Shown in pieces: positions 33,737 through 35,654 of a stretch of DNA of 35,654 nt. Each line of letters opens with the position of its first letter. The first letter of the stretch is position 1. A program made the position numbers and the translations under genes. Below the pieces are notes generated by a model. It had not been told where the DNA came from. It made no database searches and saw nothing but the letters and a program-made list of their open reading frames with translations. The stretch is from IMG/VR virus record IMGVR_UViG_3300037465_000124, positions 1 through 35,654 of that record; one strand, given 5' to 3'. Origin of the DNA: a virus (taxonomy: Duplodnaviria; Caudoviricetes).

Positions 33737-34216
33737 ATGCGTCACGGCTTTACACCTGAGGGCCTGCAGAAGCTCTCTTGCAAGATCGCTTACGACGGCT
33801 GCCGCAGACGAGGAGCGATGCTGCAGGACCGCATGGACGATCTCGTGTCCCGACTCACCATCGCTGGGCTCGAAGCACTGCGACGCTACGACCCTGAACG
33901 ACACCAGGCAAGCTACGGCTCGAACGGCGGCGACCCTGTGTTGAGCTACATCTCGGACATCATGGACGCCCGTATCACGGACTACTTCCGCTGCCGCTCC
34001 GAGGGCTTCGGTGACCGTCGCTATGGCAACGACAACCGCATCGTCCTCGACGACGACCCCGACCCCGCAGACCACGACACGGACTTCGAGCTCCTCGTCG
34101 ATGACCGGCGACGGGCCCGCTGGCAGGAAGCAGCCGATGCGACAGGCTGGCCGTTGAGTGAGTGGATTGCGATCGCGCTCGACCGGTACGCCGAGGCGGT
34201 GCTGAAGGCGGCATGA
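33737..34216 (+). CDS. Sigma70 region-2-like protein (FliA/WhiG-like) with a C-terminal RHH-like segment; may start at CTG 33623
   Basis: DDLVS....AGLEALRRYDPER...SY....DARITDYFR resembles sigma region 2.2-2.4; C-terminus FELLVDDRRRARWQEAADATGWPLSEWIAIAL. Confidence 0.65.
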   Translation: MRHGFTPEGLQKLSCKIAYDGCRRRGAMLQDRMDDLVSRLTIAGLEALRRYDPERHQASYGSNGGDPVLSYISDIMDARITDYFRCRSEGFGDRRYGNDNRIVLDDDPDPADHDTDFELLVDDRRRARWQEAADATGWPLSEWIAIALDRYAEAVLKAA

Positions 34217-34230
34217 GCATCGCTCGTCAA

Positions 34231-34292
34231 GGGGGGGAGGTCCATGGCCGGGACGGCGTCGGCATCCCCGATGGCACCGGATTTCTCTCCCT
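34231..34292. other. Candidate cos/packaging region
   Basis: Intergenic G7-run...TTTCTCTCCC immediately before HNH-terS-terL; positional inference only. Confidence 0.3.
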
Positions 34293-34553
34293 GTGACCCC
34301 GAAGTCGGATAGAACCGCTCGTGGATACGGTCAGAACCATCGCCGGCTCAGAGCTCTATGGGAAAAGCGAATCGCGACCGGCAGCGTCCTCTGCGCCCGC
34401 TGTCAGCGGCCGATTCTGCCCGGTGAGCTCTGGGATCTCGGCCATGACGACCTCGACCGCTCCCGCTACACGGGCCCCGAGCATCGCCGCTGCAACCGGG
34501 CGACCTCGACGCACCGTGCACGCCGCGCCCTGCGAACCTCGCGCCAGTGGTGA
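34293..34553 (+). CDS. Terminase-associated HNH protein
   Basis: RGYG..HRRLR..CARC..PI.PG..WDLGHDD..GPEH..CNR. Confidence 0.88.
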   Translation: MTPKSDRTARGYGQNHRRLRALWEKRIATGSVLCARCQRPILPGELWDLGHDDLDRSRYTGPEHRRCNRATSTHRARRALRTSRQW

Positions 34554-34843
34554 GCGTCGTCGAAGCGGTCAAGCGGGACCTCGGGGTGCTCGCCAAGCGG
34601 GATGCTTCGCTTGCGCGCTCGGCACTTGCGGCCTCCTGTCTCGTGCTTGCGGCACAGCTCGACGATCCCGGCAACTCGGCTACGTCGAAGTCGATGTGTG
34701 CGCGGGCGCTTCGCGAGGCGATGGATCGCCTGCGCGAGCTCGCGCCGCCCGAGTCTGTGGAGGACAGGCTCGATGACCTTGGCGCTCGACGTGCCAAGCG
34801 ACTTGCTGGGCGAGCAGCAGCCGCGCGTCGTAAGCGTTCCTGA
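34547..34843 (+). CDS. terS: Terminase small subunit
   Basis: LAAQLD..LRE.M..L..DRLDDL.ARR; between HNH and terL. Confidence 0.75.
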   Translation: MVSVVEAVKRDLGVLAKRDASLARSALAASCLVLAAQLDDPGNSATSKSMCARALREAMDRLRELAPPESVEDRLDDLGARRAKRLAGRAAAARRKRS

Positions 34844-35654
34844 CTATGTCTCCTCGACCGGCGGCGAGGCGCTCGAGCTATGCGAGATGGCTGGTCTCCA
34901 CCTCGACCCGTGGGAGGCGTTCGTGCTCGAGCATGCTCTCGGCGAGCGCGCTGATGGGCGCTGGGCATCATTCGAGGTCGGGATCAACGTCTCCCGCCAG
35001 AACGGAAAGGGGGCGATCCTCGAGGCGCGCGAACTAGCTGGGCTCTTCCTCCTTCCCGAGCGCCTGATTATCCATTCGGCACATCAGTTCGACACCTCGA
35101 TCGAGCACTTTCGGCGCTTGCTCTTCCTCGTCGAGAACACACCCGACCTCGACCGGCGGGTGAAGCGCGTCTCGCGCTCGCACGGCGAGGAGGGGATCGA
35201 GCTCCTGGACGGCTCGCGCATCCGCTTCCGCACGCGCACGAAGGGCGGGGGGCGCGGGTTCACGGGCGACCTGCTCGTGCTCGATGAGGCGATGGAGCTC
35301 GCGGAGGCGTTCCACGGGGCGCTCTTGCCGACGCTCTCGGCGACCTCGGTGACCGGGAACCCGCAGGTGTGGTACACGGGCTCGGCGGTCGACCAACTCA
35401 TCCACGAGAACGGCGTCGTATTTGCGCGCATCCGTGAGCGCGGGCATCGTGGCGATCTCTCGCTCGCCTACTTCGAGTGGTCGGTGGAATGCCCGACCCC
35501 GGACGAGCTCGACGATGAGGTGATGGTCGACCCGGCTTCGTGGGCGCAGGCGAATCCCGGCCTCGGGATCCGGATCTCCGCCGAGCACGTCGCGCGGGAG
35601 CTTCGCTCGATGGACAAGCGCACGTTCGCGGTGGAGCGGCTCGGCGTCGGCGAT
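34773..35654 (+). CDS. terL: Terminase large subunit, N-terminal ATPase part (runs through the join; absent from the ORF track)
   Basis: Translated by hand from ATG 34773 (SD GGAGG): LDPWE, Walker A SRQNGKG, HSAH, RGFTGDLLVLDEAM Walker B. Confidence 0.93.
   Translation, partial: MTLALDVPSDLLGEQQPRVVSVPDYVSSTGGEALELCEMAGLHLDPWEAFVLEHALGERADGRWASFEVGINVSRQNGKGAILEARELAGLFLLPERLIIHSAHQFDTSIEHFRRLLFLVENTPDLDRRVKRVSRSHGEEGIELLDGSRIRFRTRTKGGGRGFTGDLLVLDEAMELAEAFHGALLPTLSATSVTGNPQVWYTGSAVDQLIHENGVVFARIRERGHRGDLSLAYFEWSVECPTPDELDDEVMVDPASWAQANPGLGIRISAEHVARELRSMDKRTFAVERLGVGD
35460..35654. repeat. Terminal direct repeat, copy 2
   Basis: Matches 1-195 with one mismatch. Confidence 0.95.

Noticed and set aside
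1-35654. CRISPR array, DGR, retron or reverse transcriptase
   Set aside because: No regularly spaced repeat-spacer array, no RT motifs and no template/variable repeat pair observed

Overview
Apparently complete, circularly closed ~35.46 kb genome of a high-GC siphovirus, most likely infecting an Actinomycetota host. Bases 1-195 repeat at 35460-35654 with one mismatch, and the large terminase spans the join. Almost all genes are on the + strand. An intact HK97-type late module runs from HNH and terminases through portal, protease, major capsid, a ~5 kb block of accessory virion-like genes, neck and tail to holin and endolysin (34293 across the join to ~21000). The early/middle half (~21200-34200) carries a Cro-like gene, an ERF recombinase, a replication initiator with an internal iteron origin, a tRNA-like attP core and a promoter-bearing moron. 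It is also heavily eroded: broken integrase, no recognisable repressor, and remnants of an IS630, a methyltransferase and DUF5131. Most notable signal: nine copies of a (G/A)(C/A)CGATA(G/A)G motif lie 7-12 nt upstream of Shine-Dalgarno-poor late-gene start codons and resemble the sigma-28/WhiG -10 box without a -35. The phage also encodes a FliA/WhiG-like sigma region-2 domain that lacks region 4 and is fused to a putative ribbon-helix-helix. Together these suggest a candidate -10-only, leaderless late-transcription system. All family assignments are by-eye motif recognition; no searches were run.
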